Assembly: GCF_964204645.1 (NCBI RefSeq)
Contig: NC_134035.1
Location: 13,238,451-13,302,450, forward strand
DNA from: Tubulanus polymorphus
Lineage: Eukaryota > Animalia > Nemertea
Direction: 5' to 3'
DNA length: 64,000 nt
Within the stretch, counting starts at the first letter, position 1. Each line of letters opens with the position of its first letter. The notes under the pieces were generated by a model. The model did no database searches. It saw nothing but the letters and a program-made list of their open reading frames with translations, and was not told the DNA's origin. The position numbers and the translations under genes are program-made. This document shows positions 50,158-63,010 of this stretch, piece by piece.

Positions 50158-53100
50158 ATGTCTGCGCCCATGGATGACACTAATTTCAACTCGAATATCG
50201 ACAGTTCGACGAATTCTGAGGTTCTTTCATCGAGAAAATCTGCAAATAAATGTAAAACACCTAAAACTAGAAATGACACTGCGGTATGTTACATTGATTT
50301 TAGTTTCCCGTCAATCTGGTGGCCCAACAGACAAGTCTTCAATTTATTACTAACTATTGCGTCTTACACTATTTATTCAGCAGAGCGGCTTACCTCTACT
50401 TACTAACCTTTTTAGTCTAAATTCCAGTTGTTACGGGTTCCTTCTTAAACAGCCCTATTTCTGTACAGTGATACTACTTGTCTGAATATGAATACACGAA
50501 ATGGGTTACCCTAGCCTAGTGACGAAGGTCCCTGCGCCTAATCGTTGGTCGTAAGCTTTTATTACGTCATTGCTCATTTTCTCATAATGATAGGTTCGCG
50601 GTACGAATGATAACAGTATTTTGAGTAAATGTTCGATGGCGAATCTCGGATATTTCGACGATGAATTCTTGCAGTATTTCGTGTGTAAAAAAGTGCGACG
50701 TGCGCCACTTATAAACAGGTTCGTATCACATCCTAGCAACTCGCTTAATTATCTTCTGACATAAGGCTAAAATAAATTTTTTGTTTCAGATGTTATTTCA
50801 TCCGCTCGTCGGCCATTGATTACTCGCTGAAAACCTTCGTGAAAGAAATATCCGGAAAAAAACAGGTATCAAAATCAAAGTTATCTTTTAAATTTATTCA
50901 TCATATCAGGGTTCTAACAGAGCGGGGAAAATTCTCTCAACCCACGCAGGGCATTACTAGCCGGCTCTCTGTTTCTTTTTTCCACAATTTGGGAGAGAGA
51001 CCACCTTCGACCGAGAAAATCTGTCGCCGGGTTCAAACCCATACAGTAAACCCTGGATTGACGTGACCAGTGACCGGCAGCTAAAACCACTCGGCCACTG
51101 TGGCTCACATCTTATAATTTGTCAGGGTCTAGAGAAATATTGGAATTTTGGGTTCCCTGATTTGTAAGAACCCTATGATATTTGATGACAATGATTTCGT
51201 TGATGTTAATTATGATTATTGTTTATATCTATATAGATAATTTCACTCGGTGCTGGATTTGACTCTTCTTACTTCCGTCTAAAAAATCAAGGTCTTCTAA
51301 AAGATGTGATATTTTATGAGGTAAAATAATTGATCGCGAAACACAATTTCTAGCGTATTTGACCACTCTATAAATTCACTGTCTCTCCTGAAATGATTTA
51401 ATTATAGATAGATTTTATTGAAAACGCTCAGAGGAAAGCGAATCTCATTCGTAACTGTGAATCATTAAACGGTTTGATTCAGGAATCAGAAATACCAGTC
51501 GCACTCCAGCCTTACACAGGTAATTCATAGAAATTCTAGTTTGATTTATGGAGTTCTAAAATTCCTCTTTATTCGGTGCCGGTCAATTCAGTAACCAGCT
51601 CGAGTCTGTCCGAATTTGTTCGAGTTTATTTGGAATAATTTGCCAGGATTCAACTCCTTCTTCATGGGTAAAATAATGAATCTGATAGACTTCAAACATT
51701 GAAAACAAACTCAGGTTTAACCTTACTTAAAACTGTGGAACTGGATCCTGATTCTATACTTGCTCGAGTCTGTTCAATTTGTTCGAATTTATTTGGAATA
51801 ATTTTCCATCCTCATGGGGGTAAAATTATGAAAGTGATAGAGTTCAAACATTGACAACAATCTCAGGGTTAAACCTTACTTAAAACTGTGGAACTGAGTC
51901 CTGATTTATATACTTGCTCAAGTCGTTCAAATTAATTGGGCATAATTTTCTTGTTTCCCTGGATCCACCCTCGACCTGTTACTCCGAACTTGATCCTGAT
52001 TCTCAACTGGCTCAGATATTTAAGGCAGGGTTTACTGTAGGTAAAATATCTCTTGTTTATTTCAGGTATTTACTGCGATGATTACCGATTACTAGGTATA
52101 GATCTAACGCAGTTACCTCTACTGACCAGTTGTCTAACTGAATGCGGTATCAATCTATCTATTCCTACATTACTACTATCAGAATGTGTGATGACTTATA
52201 TGGGACACAAAAGGTACGATCGAAAATAATCAATTTCATTATTCTGCGTGAAAATATGCAGATGTATGAAGTATGGGTAGATGATGTACGGGTTCCCCTG
52301 AACAACGGCTAGCTACCAGGACCCAGTTCCACAGTTGTGAGTTAGAGTTAACTCAGAGTTAAAGTTAGTTCATTTTCAATGAGTTAACTCGGAGCTAAAT
52401 CTTAACTCGCAACTGTGGAACTGGACCCTGACTATCATCATCTGTGTGGTTTGTGTTGTAGGGCTTCCTCATTGATACAGTGGGCCAGTGATATGTTTCC
52501 TGATGCAGTATTTGTAACATATGAACAGATCTTTCCTTACGACACTTTCAGCAACATAATGTATGTATTCAACACCTCTACTCCAAAACTCTCAAACAGA
52601 CTGTGTCAAACTCACTCAATCTTATCATCTCTTATTCTTTCTATTATATACTACAGGTGTAATCATTTTAAAAAGTTCGGATCTCCGTTAAGAAGTATAA
52701 CCGTCTATCCAAATCCACAAGATCAGATTCAACGCTATAAAAAACTTGTAAGTAATCAATTTCAATCGTGTCTTGATAATGTAAAATCTCACACTCAGAA
52801 AGAAACTAGAGTAACAAAAAAAGAGTTTGATACTCGTGGACCCAGTTCCACAGTTCTGAGTTAGATTTGACTCTGTGGAACTGGCTCCTGAAGCTGACTA
52901 TGAGGATATAGTCGATACATTGACAATAAAACATTAAGAAAACCTTTCTGACTCTGATATTTAATTTTCATTTGTATTGCGAGATTTTATGTTATCGTTA
53001 CAACATCGACTCATGGACTCTATGATTCTTTTATGAAACAGAATTCATCAAAAAACCGATGATAAGTCGGATGTTTTAAGTATGCGTTTCTATTCAGGGA

Positions 53101-56100
53101 TGGAACGAAGCCGTTTCTATCGATATGAATCAATTTTACCATTGTTTCGTCTCCGATGACGACAAACGACGAACGAAATCGCTAGAAATATTCGACGAAT
53201 TCGAGGAATGGCATTTAACCAATAATCATTATTCGATATTGTTCGCTTCGAGAGGCTCGGCGTGCGATATCAGGGGTTTATTTAAAATAGGTCGGTATCA
53301 ACTAACATCTATTTCAACTTGTTTTCAAAGACGTTGGGCATCCTCCCCAGAGGTGGATCTAGAAATTCAGCTTGGGGCTCACACTAATCATTCTATGGCA
53401 GTTGGCTGCTGGATCTGCCCCTGGGATTGGCAAAAAATCATCTCTTAGGCAAAAAGATGATACCTTGTTTCTCATAATCAGCCAGGTTCGAACTTGTCAT
53501 CTTTTGAGCTCAGCAGAAATGAGAGATGAGGTATCAATTTTTGAAATGAATTAAGTCTGAAATTAGTCTTCTTAGATACGTAAATCATCCATAGATTTAT
53601 CACTACAACTTTACATGTCGCCGATTCTTTAACAGGTTGTCAACCGGTCGAACCAATGAAGTTTCCGGAAAGCGTTCCTCGTATTGAAATAAAACCGGGC
53701 AGTTTTAGCGCGGATGCCGTGCTACGTTTCGGTCACGCGACGGTAACCCTCGGCAACGACGCGGTCATGGTAACGGGTGGTTTCGGAGATGTACGCGGGA
53801 AACATCAGAAGATTCGAGATACGGTCGTATTCGATGTGAAAGGGTTAAACAACATTACAGTGGAATCAACTACTGCTGATATACTGGGTGAGTTTACTAT
53901 CACATTTAATGATCTCATAGGAGGATTTATGGAGGCAGCCATAGTGGTTTATAGTTGTATTAAACCTCTCTTTTAATGAGCTAAAGTTTGAAATTTTTTT
54001 GGGTTAGGCTACTCCTGTAACCAGGGATTTCAAAGCTACAGACAAGACCCTATACTGAACATTATGTCTGCCTTGTTGTACTTAGAATAACTCCCTCAGA
54101 AGTTACAATTTCAGGATAACCACCTACCGATAATCAATTTCTGAGCTTGCCAGTAAAAATTGTTTGCTCCATAAAATCCCTTTATGGCATCAACTGACAT
54201 GTCTGATATTATAGTTAATTTGATGATGTCATACGGATGGTTAATGGATACGGCCATATTGGAAAGTTATAAATACGTAGTTTACACTATTTCCAGTCTT
54301 GATGAGTAACATTAAGAGAAACCCGCAATATATCAATTTAAACAACTGCTATTGTATTCTCATGTTTCGAGGGAAATCCTTTCACCGATCTTCAGAGTTT
54401 ATCTGAAAAATTATTTTTGAAAAACTATTCTTGAAAAAAACTTGTTGTACGTATATATATATATATATATATATTTCACAGGTGTTCGGTTGTTTCATAC
54501 GATGAACTCGATCGATGAGAATCAGTTGATTATATTCGGAGGACGAACTTCACCGACTCATCCACTCGACGATCTCATTATCTGTGAACACTCAACGTCG
54601 CGCGATAGAACAACCGTTCATTTAAACTATACATCGATCAGTTCCTCGACCACTACAGGAGAAACGTGTACCGCCAGGTGGCGCCATACTTCAAATATTG
54701 TTCGAATAGAAGGTAAAACCAGGGGCTGAAATTTCTCACACTTTGTTTAGAGACGAATGGTGGATAAATGCAGTAGTGACAATTGAAATCGCATTACCAT
54801 GGTATTATCAACCTGTTAACTGCGACCAACTTTTTGTAACTAGGCCCTGTAGGTAGGAGCAGACAGATAACGAGGGGTGCTTACAGGGTCACTCATCCTG
54901 TTCAAAATTGCATCTTTTTGGATGAATTCCTCAAAAATATCTTTAATCTAAGTCCAATGATGGATTGCTGCTCGTAGCCTTCTGCGTCGCTGCTTTATCA
55001 GTGAGGAACTTCCTTCCCCTTCTTTTGAACCCCGACCTCCCAATTTTCCTAGATGCGTCCCTGCTGGCTCCAGGTGTGCTCACAGACCTCATTATTTCTT
55101 GCACAATATCTGCATAGAACCTTCTATGATTTGTAGACAAACCCCAGCTACAAGTCAATGGTTGAAGCGCGATCATCGTAATAATTAAATAGATTATCAT
55201 ATTAGTTATTATTACCCCCATGATTTACAGCAGATAATGAAATATAGAATGAACTATTTATAGGTGAAATTTGTCTATTGATTTACGGAGGGTGTGGCGA
55301 AAAACAAAGTGTACTGAACACGTGTTATTTATTCAACATTTCAACTTCTCATTGGAAAAAGGTAATGAAGATTATCATTCGCAAACTGAACATTTTATCA
55401 ATGGTTATTGGGCTAAACCCACAGTCGATGATATTATAGTTTATTGTGACAGTTCCCCAAATGATGAGGTTTAGTTAAAAATTCAAAACAGTCAGAATAA
55501 ACTGTTAAATCATTAACTGTGGGTTTTGTTCAACTCTGAAATACTGCGATCAGTCTCGACAGGTCATCAATTATACACAGTACCAGTATATTTTGTTAAC
55601 TATTTCTAGATTGAGTTGAAATGTGCTGATGCTGCTGATGAAGATGTCCATCTCCCCGGTCTCCACTCTCACACCAGTTCTCTGTATAACGATGATAAAC
55701 TGATTATAGTCGGAGGTCTCAATTCCGATTTACGACCTACAAATGCTATATATACGTTACAAACAACATCGTGGATCTGGTCGAAACTATCAACTAACGG
55801 TCATCTTATACCTAGGTAATATCTCGTACGGACCCGTAGAGACCCGTAGGTACAGATTTAGGGGGTGGTCTCGGAGCCTTCCCATCGTGGTTGCCCAGTT
55901 CATCTCAAGACAGATCGTTAAGATGTGGAAATCCGACACATATCCTCCCAAAAATTGCAACCTTTTCAATGTATTTCTTGAAAAATATCTTATACCTAGG
56001 TAATATCCCGTAGAGACCCATAGAGACCCGTATGGACAGATTTAGGTGGTGGTCTCGGGGCCTTCCCATCGGTGTGGTTGCCCTGTTCGTCAACACAGAT

Positions 56101-57218
56101 CGTTTAGACCTGGAAATCCGACACACATCCTCCCAAAAATTGCAACCTTTCAAAAAAATATCTAAAAACCAACATCGAAGCCATTTGGAACCCTAAAAAG
56201 AGGCATTTGACTTGCTGCTGACAAATATCTTTTCTTTTCTCAACCCCAGCCTTCCAATTTTCCTCGATCAACCCCTGAATATAGCAGTGACTGCTGGGCA
56301 GTTGAATTCGAATTTATTCATAAATTTCTTGTAACGAAAAGTAAATGTTGATATATTTTCCAGGTACTCGCATTCAACTCATGTTTACGAAGATAAACTA
56401 TTGATTGTGGGAGGTGTGACCGTTGAACATTATCCACCACCAGGTGTCGCTATTGTAGATCTGAAATCAGGGTTCGTCCATGAATTCCCACTTCCGGTAA
56501 GTGTAGAAGGAGCTGAACTATTTTAATTTTAGACTTTCATGATCTCTGGTTCTACTGTCGAAAATTTCGATTTGAAAAGTTTAAGGAGGTTGAAAAATGA
56601 ACTGATTTCGACCTGTGGAAACTTTGTTATGATATATTCTAGAACATGAAGTGTAGCTCCATTCAAAGTAAATAAGGGCTTATTATCAATAATCATCGAC
56701 AAAGTTTCTTTTTCAAATATCTTGTATTAAGGCATTGGAATCTTATTTTTCAAGACCGTTTTCTGTTTTCCCATACCTTTTTGATTTGCATTGAAAAGGA
56801 CTTTCTAAAACTTGTAAGAACCATGTAAATTGTAATTAAATAAGCGTGTTCATATTTTCTTGGTTTGTATTTGTAGTCATATTCTCCTGAACATCCGTTG
56901 CTGTTACACAACCATCGCAGTCTGATTCTCACCGGCGCTGATGGAAACAATTCGACCACCACCGCAGCAGCAGCAACAAGAGCACCAGTACCACCAGCAG
57001 GAGCAGCAGCACCAGTACCACCAGCAGGAGCAGCAGCACCAGTACCACCAGCAGGACCACCAGCAGGAGCACCACCAACAGCAGCAGCAGATCAATTAAA
57101 ACTTCTAGTCATCGGCGGTGGTGGAAACTGTTTTACTTTCGGAACGCACTTTAATCAAACTCCTGTTTATTTGGACGTTACTCGGTGTTGGCAGTTTTAT
57201 GGAAATCACGGCTCATAG
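50158..57218 (+). CDS. LCMT2: tRNA wybutosine-synthesizing protein 4 / leucine carboxyl methyltransferase 2 (about 771 aa, 15 exons)
   Basis: Exons 50158-50283, 50594-50718, 50790-50865, 51237-51320, 51408-51519, 52066-52213, 52462-52560, 52657-52747, 53098-53290, 53636-53887, 54482-54712, 55264-55361, 55610-55815, 56364-56496, 56877-57218. LCM-domain motifs VRGTNDNSILSK, RRAPLINR, QIISLGAGFDS, PTLLLSECVMTY, FDEFEEWH; kelch repeats RFGH, IFGGRTSP, RWRH, RYSH; C-terminal GGGGNCFTFGTHFN. Confidence 0.94.
52317..52430. mobile_element. Harbinger-like MITE with GGACCCAGTTCCACAGTT TIR
   Basis: cag|gacccagttccacagttgtgagttag...ttaactcgcaactgtggaactggacc|ctg. A shorter copy lies at 52838-52890 and fragments at ~29215-29300, ~44460-44550, ~51730 and ~51885. 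Confidence 0.75.
56970..57065 (+). repeat. Coding 27-bp minisatellite encoding (APVPPAGAA)x~3 in the last LCMT2 exon
   Basis: GCACCAGTACCACCAGCAGGAGCAGCA is repeated in frame. Confidence 0.9.
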
Positions 57219-59486
57219 CAGAGCATCAGCTTACAAAGTGTTTGATTTAATGTTGAACTATATGATCACTGGATTCAGTTGCACAGTCGCTAGAAAGTTG
57301 TCTAAAAAATCTTAATTCTGGTCTTAAGTTGTTAGAAAGGCTATAAACAAAATGAGTTTTACTGGTCTTTAAGTTGTTAGATTGGTTATAGAAACAAAAT
57401 GAGCTAAGTCTGGTCTTAAGTTGTTAAAATTGGCTATAGAACCGAAATCAGAATTGTCTTTGTTGAAGACTGGTCTTAAATCTAAGACGTGATTACGCGT
57501 AGCAAGCCTCTAAATAAGAAACACTGTATTGAAGTTAACAATTGTGCATTAGTTCTCAATCTCAATAAATGGAGTGTCCCGGATTCGAATTTTATAGTTA
57601 CTCATGCTGATTCTGAGTGGATTCTCATTCATACCCAGTCCATGTTTCCCCGCGATCCAGCCCATCGTCGATATTCGACCGTCGACTTTATTCGGATCAT
57701 TTGGAACCAACAAAATTCACCCGGTTTGCTGGAAATCCGGATTATTGGTCATTTCTTGTATATTAATGAGCAATAAATGGACTGCAAATATTGTCTGGAT
57801 TAGACCAAAATATGGATTCAGGCGATCTGAATTTATAGCGGGTTTTACTGTATTTGAAAGTTTATCGATGATACAGTAGACTCCGCTTAATTCGGTCATT
57901 TGGAAGCAACAAATTTAATCCGGTTTACGAGAAATCTGGATTATTGGTCATTTCCTTGTATATTGATGATCATGGACTACAATTATTGTCTGGATTAGAC
58001 CAAAATATGGATTAAGCCGATCCTGGTTGGCCGATTTGGATTAAGCCGATTTGGTGTTTTGACAAGTAGAAAAACGTCTCGGATCTATAGACGACGAAAC
58101 GCGTCGACCAAAACAGAATCGATTTACATATAATCACGTTGCGAATATTCGAGATCCATTGATTTCAAAAGTAGCCCAAATTACCGTTATTATTATCACG
58201 AAATTATTACTGAATTGTCAATTTATGTTCGATACAGATTGTTAGGTCATAAGCTATTTTATGGTCAGCACGTTTCTTTATTGCACCATCAATGCAGTCG
58301 TACCGGAGGGTCGGGTAGCGACGAACCCCTAAAAATCATCAAAGTGGCGTTTCGGTTGGGCCAGTCAATACATTTGGGGCAAGACTTTTCGAAATTTGGA
58401 TACTATTTTCAAGTTTTACAGTAGATTGCCTGAAATTATAGGATCTGGTCGCACCCTATTAAGGTCTGGTTTTTGGGTCGACTTTTTGGAATATCTTTCC
58501 TGCCATATGATTTTTATAGTCCTCTATAGTCGAACCCGTACGTCGCTTTGTCCTTGCGACGTGGCAGTGTATTTCCCAGTACAGATGCGAAAATATTAAT
58601 GAAACCTGTTTGAATAAATGTCATCCAAGAACATAAGGATTCCACCAAAACCTTTTGTTACTTTAAGATATTCTTGATTCGCTGAAAAAACAATGGAGAA
58701 ATTGAGATGAGAACTGGGCGATCACCGGGACGCGTCTCCAGTCGCCACCGTCACTTCAACTCAGATATATGTGAAATTAAACAACTTCCCATGAAAATAT
58801 TTACAAAATTGATATAAAGATTATCGGAAATATAAATAGTAATCATGTAATAAAGTTTGTTAGGTGTAAATTATTGTTTGATTTCGCCAGGGGTCGATTT
58901 AGAAAAAGGACCCGAGTTCGGCGTCATACCGCGTCTGACGAAACTGCTCTGGTAGGGTCAAAATAAATCGTCAAATTCCACCAGTTTTACCGCTCCAAAT
59001 TTCACAAAACTTCGTCAGTTGATAGAAAACAACATTATCTTTCATCTGAAATAATAGTTAGATGGATTTCGAGATGCGAAACGTATTAATTTTTAGCTTT
59101 AGAACAAAGTTTTATTTTATTGTCCGCGATTGTCTTCAAACAACTGAGATTTCGATACCGTTAATGAATATGAAATATCGATTTGATCACATAGATTGAT
59201 AGAGTCAGATCTTGGCTTTCAGAATATGTTAGTTATGTTTGGGTTTGAGCGGTGATAATTCGAGAAATTAACCGTTTATGAAAATCATCCAGCACAAAAT
59301 CCGCGTCGGTGAATTCAGCTGAATAGAATCGAGCGCTCTGCGCGTAGCAGCGGTACGTGCGCGTCGGCAATAGTTGAACATATACAAGCGCGTATCGGCT
59401 GAACGGACATCACTCGAACTGTAGAAACCGTTCATTCAACACGTCGCGTTCTGATCTACGAGATTATCAACTCAACTACTACAACC

Positions 59487-60089
59487 ATGTCTGACGCCGT
59501 AGCCGCCGCTCCAGCCTCGCCCGCTAAAAAGGCCGTTGCAAAGAAGACCGCGAAACCGAAAGCTCCGGCCGCTCATCCCCCGTTCAACGTCATGGTGAAA
59601 GCCGCTATCACCGCCTTGGGAGACAAAACCGGATCGTCTCTGGTCGCCATAAAGAAGTACATCGCCGGACACTACAAGGTCGACATCGAACGTCAAGGCA
59701 CCTTCATCCGTAAAGAACTGAAATCCGGACTCGAGAAGGGAACTTACGTTCGTTACATGAACAAAGGTCAAGGCGCTTCTGGACGTTTCAGATTGAGTCA
59801 GGGAGCGAAGAAAGAAGAGAAAGATGCCGCCAAACCGAAGAAAGTCGTAAAGAAACCAGCCGCCAAGAAGGTCACCAAACCTAAAGCAGCTAAACCGACG
59901 AAAGCGAAGAAGCCTGCCGCTAAGAAAACAACCGCCAAGAAAGCGACGAAAGCTTCGCCGAAAAAGAAAGCTGCGGCCAAGCCTGCCAAGAAAACCAAAA
60001 CTCCAACCAAGAAGGCAGCAGCCAAACCGGCCAAGAAAAAGACTCCAGCGAAGAAAACCGCCGCTAAGAAAACTGCAGCAAAGAAATAA
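59487..60089 (+). CDS. H1: Linker histone H1 (200 aa, intronless)
   Basis: Globular domain [31 protein letters not shown]...[10 protein letters not shown]; Lys/Ala/Pro-rich tail with SPKK and TPxK motifs. Confidence 0.98.
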   Translation: MSDAVAAAPASPAKKAVAKKTAKPKAPAAHPPFNVMVKAAITALGDKTGSSLVAIKKYIAGHYKVDIERQGTFIRKELKSGLEKGTYVRYMNKGQGASGRFRLSQGAKKEEKDAAKPKKVVKKPAAKKVTKPKAAKPTKAKKPAAKKTTAKKATKASPKKKAAAKPAKKTKTPTKKAAAKPAKKKTPAKKTAAKKTAAKK

Positions 60090-60121
60090 ATGAATTCGAC
60101 GGTCTTTTGAACTCTTGAATC

Positions 60122-60158
60122 GGTCCTTGTCAGGACCACCTAAAACTCCCAGAAAGGG
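60122..60158 (+). terminator. Replication-dependent histone 3' stem-loop and purine-rich downstream element
   Basis: GGTCCT-TGTC-AGGACC (60122-60137) followed by ACC, then CAGAAAGGG at ~60150. Confidence 0.85.
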
Positions 60159-62839
60159 CCGGTGTTATGACTCCTGCCTCGCTGTTAATGCTTCCTCCTA
60201 GTTATAACTTGTTGTTTATTGAAAGTAAATCTTTTATTATCATGAAAATTCCCGCAACAGTAATTTTTTTGCCCATACCCTTAAGTTTATACAACACGTT
60301 CTGTATTCTAAGGCTGGGTTCAACCTTGGGAGTAAACATTTTTGACTAATGGGAACATCCGAAGTTCTTTCAATAATCTATTGTTCCCTGCCCTTTAGTT
60401 ACAAGGTGGTAGTTGTGGGTACCAATTCGGGTTGTCTTTGTCAGATGGGCAGCTCAGTCTATATGGGCCAATAGCGGATTAACAAGCTTCGAGTGTTTGT
60501 TGAGTTTAATTCACTCAAACACTAGGGTAAGCAGGTTTCGACCTAGCGCGCTGCTAGGTTCAGTATGTCTCCTAGTGTTGCGCTCTGATGGTGGACAGTT
60601 CGTTTTCTTTCTAGTTTAGCGATCATCATAGCGACGTAATTGTCGAAACATCGAATATCGTCCTCGATATCTCCGGCTGGTGGGCAGATTCTCAGGTCGG
60701 TGAGCTGCGGTGCAGATTCGAATCGTTTCTGCGCCGCCGGCAATAGACCCAGTTTAGCCAATAGTCGATCTGTCAAAAATAAAAACACAATGTCATGATA
60801 ATTCATATTCTAATAGCGCACTCCTATAGAGCGCTTTATATCGGTCGGTATAGAATAATTATCACCCGATAAAATGCTCAGAGAACTAGAAGACAATGAC
60901 AGTAAACCGTTTACTGGTCACTGCTTGTTTGTACATGGAATTACGATAGATGGCGCATTAGTCAAACGGTGCACTTCAAGTACGTTGGATTCCCTAACTC
61001 CATGATTTCCTGGTGCCATTTGCTCAAAAGTTGGTTAGAGTTTAACTAGTCGATAGTTGACCTAGTGACACATATACAATCAAATGTTTACTCCGGTATT
61101 TATCCACCGGTTATCTTTAACCAACTTTTGAGCAACTGCAGCCCCTGATTTGTAATTTGTATAATCATTTCTAGCAATAAATTACAATAGATTCACGATC
61201 GATCACTGTAGATGTCTCTTACGTTTATCAAAAGAAGCTGTTGAGAATTGAACGCAGATCAGTAAAACTGCGACCACCATTAAACACTTCTGACGACGAC
61301 TAACGAGAGACATGATTTTCAAAATTCACCTGAAATTAAAAACTTCGAATTATCTTCAAACTCACGATTTATGACAACATAGATATAAAGTGGTCTTGTA
61401 TTGTGGATTTCGTAGGTACAGGCCGATAGGCAAATTAAACGATTGAAACCCAGTCACACCAGCCCCACTGACCCTCAGACACAATCTCCAGCCCCACTGA
61501 GACTGAGACACAAACTCCATTATAAGCCCAGTCCAACCACCCCTATGAGACAAATCCCAGTCCCATGGATTCGTGAGACCAACTCGTTTGCCTATGCCGG
61601 AGTTGTATTACTGGCACTGAAGTTCACACTCTTTCTCAGATCGAACTTGTTCAAACGCTCAAAGGACATCTATAGTAAATCATAAAACGCGCATACACGA
61701 CTATTGACCCCCGTGTCGCCATATCTGTTGTCAAACATCAAACTGCAGGTCATGGACCTTAATCGCATTCTCAAAATTAGTGAATCCTACGCACGCCCGC
61801 TGTCCTTACAAACTGACCCCTCGCCCAAGATGACCCCTGGCCTTGGTGCGTTACTCAAAGGTTGGTTTGAGGGAACCAGTAGATAAATGAGACTGAGACA
61901 ATTAAAAGTTCATCGTTACTTTTGGTCGACGGTCCCAGTGAGCCTGTTTCTGATTAAGGGGTGTGAGAGGTGCCGGGTGAAGGGGTACCGGGACACGAAC
62001 GAGAATTGCGCAGGATTTCAAAACTGAAATCAAACGTACGAAATTATGAATGATATTTCAAGTCGAGATTAATAAGATCTGTGAGATTATCGAAAAATCT
62101 CAAGAATGGATTAAGCCGATGTGATATACGTCGCGACAGGATTAAAACCACGCAATAATAAAACTACCGCATATATAGCGCGCACTGTAATCAATAATAC
62201 TAGACCGGAACACTTTTAACTGTCACGTTAAGAACACTCACTGGCGACGAATAGACCCTCAGATCACTACAGGATATTAATCATTTCACCGTTAAGCAAA
62301 TTAAACATGTATTACTAAGAGTATACAGAATTCGCTGAGTTCTCGATCAGTGCATTCTATAGTTATATTGCAATAGACTGAAATATTGTCAAGTATTTCG
62401 TCTAATTTATATCAATTGTTCATTAAATTAAAAGTCAAATGGTCCGTTAAGGGCTGGTGCCACTTTGAGGAGCGTATTCAAATATCCAAGTATATTACAA
62501 GAAAATCTTACTCAAATACCATTACCAGGGGGTAGGGGGTAGGGGCGGTTTAAACATCATAGCGTCGGCCCCCCTGCCTTTCTGGTGGATTAAGAAGCAA
62601 TATAAAGATCACGGGGGCCGATCATAGACAACTGCGCGAAATTATGTTGTAAAACGGCTCTTAATTAATAATATCAGGACAGATAATTCCACAGTTGACG
62701 AATAGTTTTGTTAGAAAACAACTATTCCTGGAGATGATTATTAGGACGTAGTCGAAATGTCGAAATAACTATACAAGCTTGAGGAAAGGTTCAATTTTGT
62801 TGAGGTTTTGAGGGAAGGCCGTATAAGGTCAAGGTCTGC

Positions 62840-63010
62840 CTGGATCCAGAACTGTGGAACTGGGTCCAGAACTGTGGAAGTGGGTTGTTTACTGTGGAAC
62901 TGTATTCAGAACTGCGGAACTGGATCCAGAACTGTGGAACTGTGTCCAGAACTGTGAAACTAAATCCAGACTTTGTGGTACTGGGTTCAACTGTGCCCAG
63001 ATGGAACATT
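62840..63010. repeat. Degenerate 20-bp CCAGAACTGTGGAACTGGGT array
   Basis: Same monomer family as 11163-11890. Confidence 0.8.

Noticed and set aside
56904-57095. Cys/Trp-rich minus-strand ORF
   Set aside because: Antisense translation of the LCMT2 Pro/Ala repeat.
59472-60139. Hydrophobic antisense ORFs over H1
   Set aside because: They mirror the Lys/Ala codons of H1 and have no independent support.
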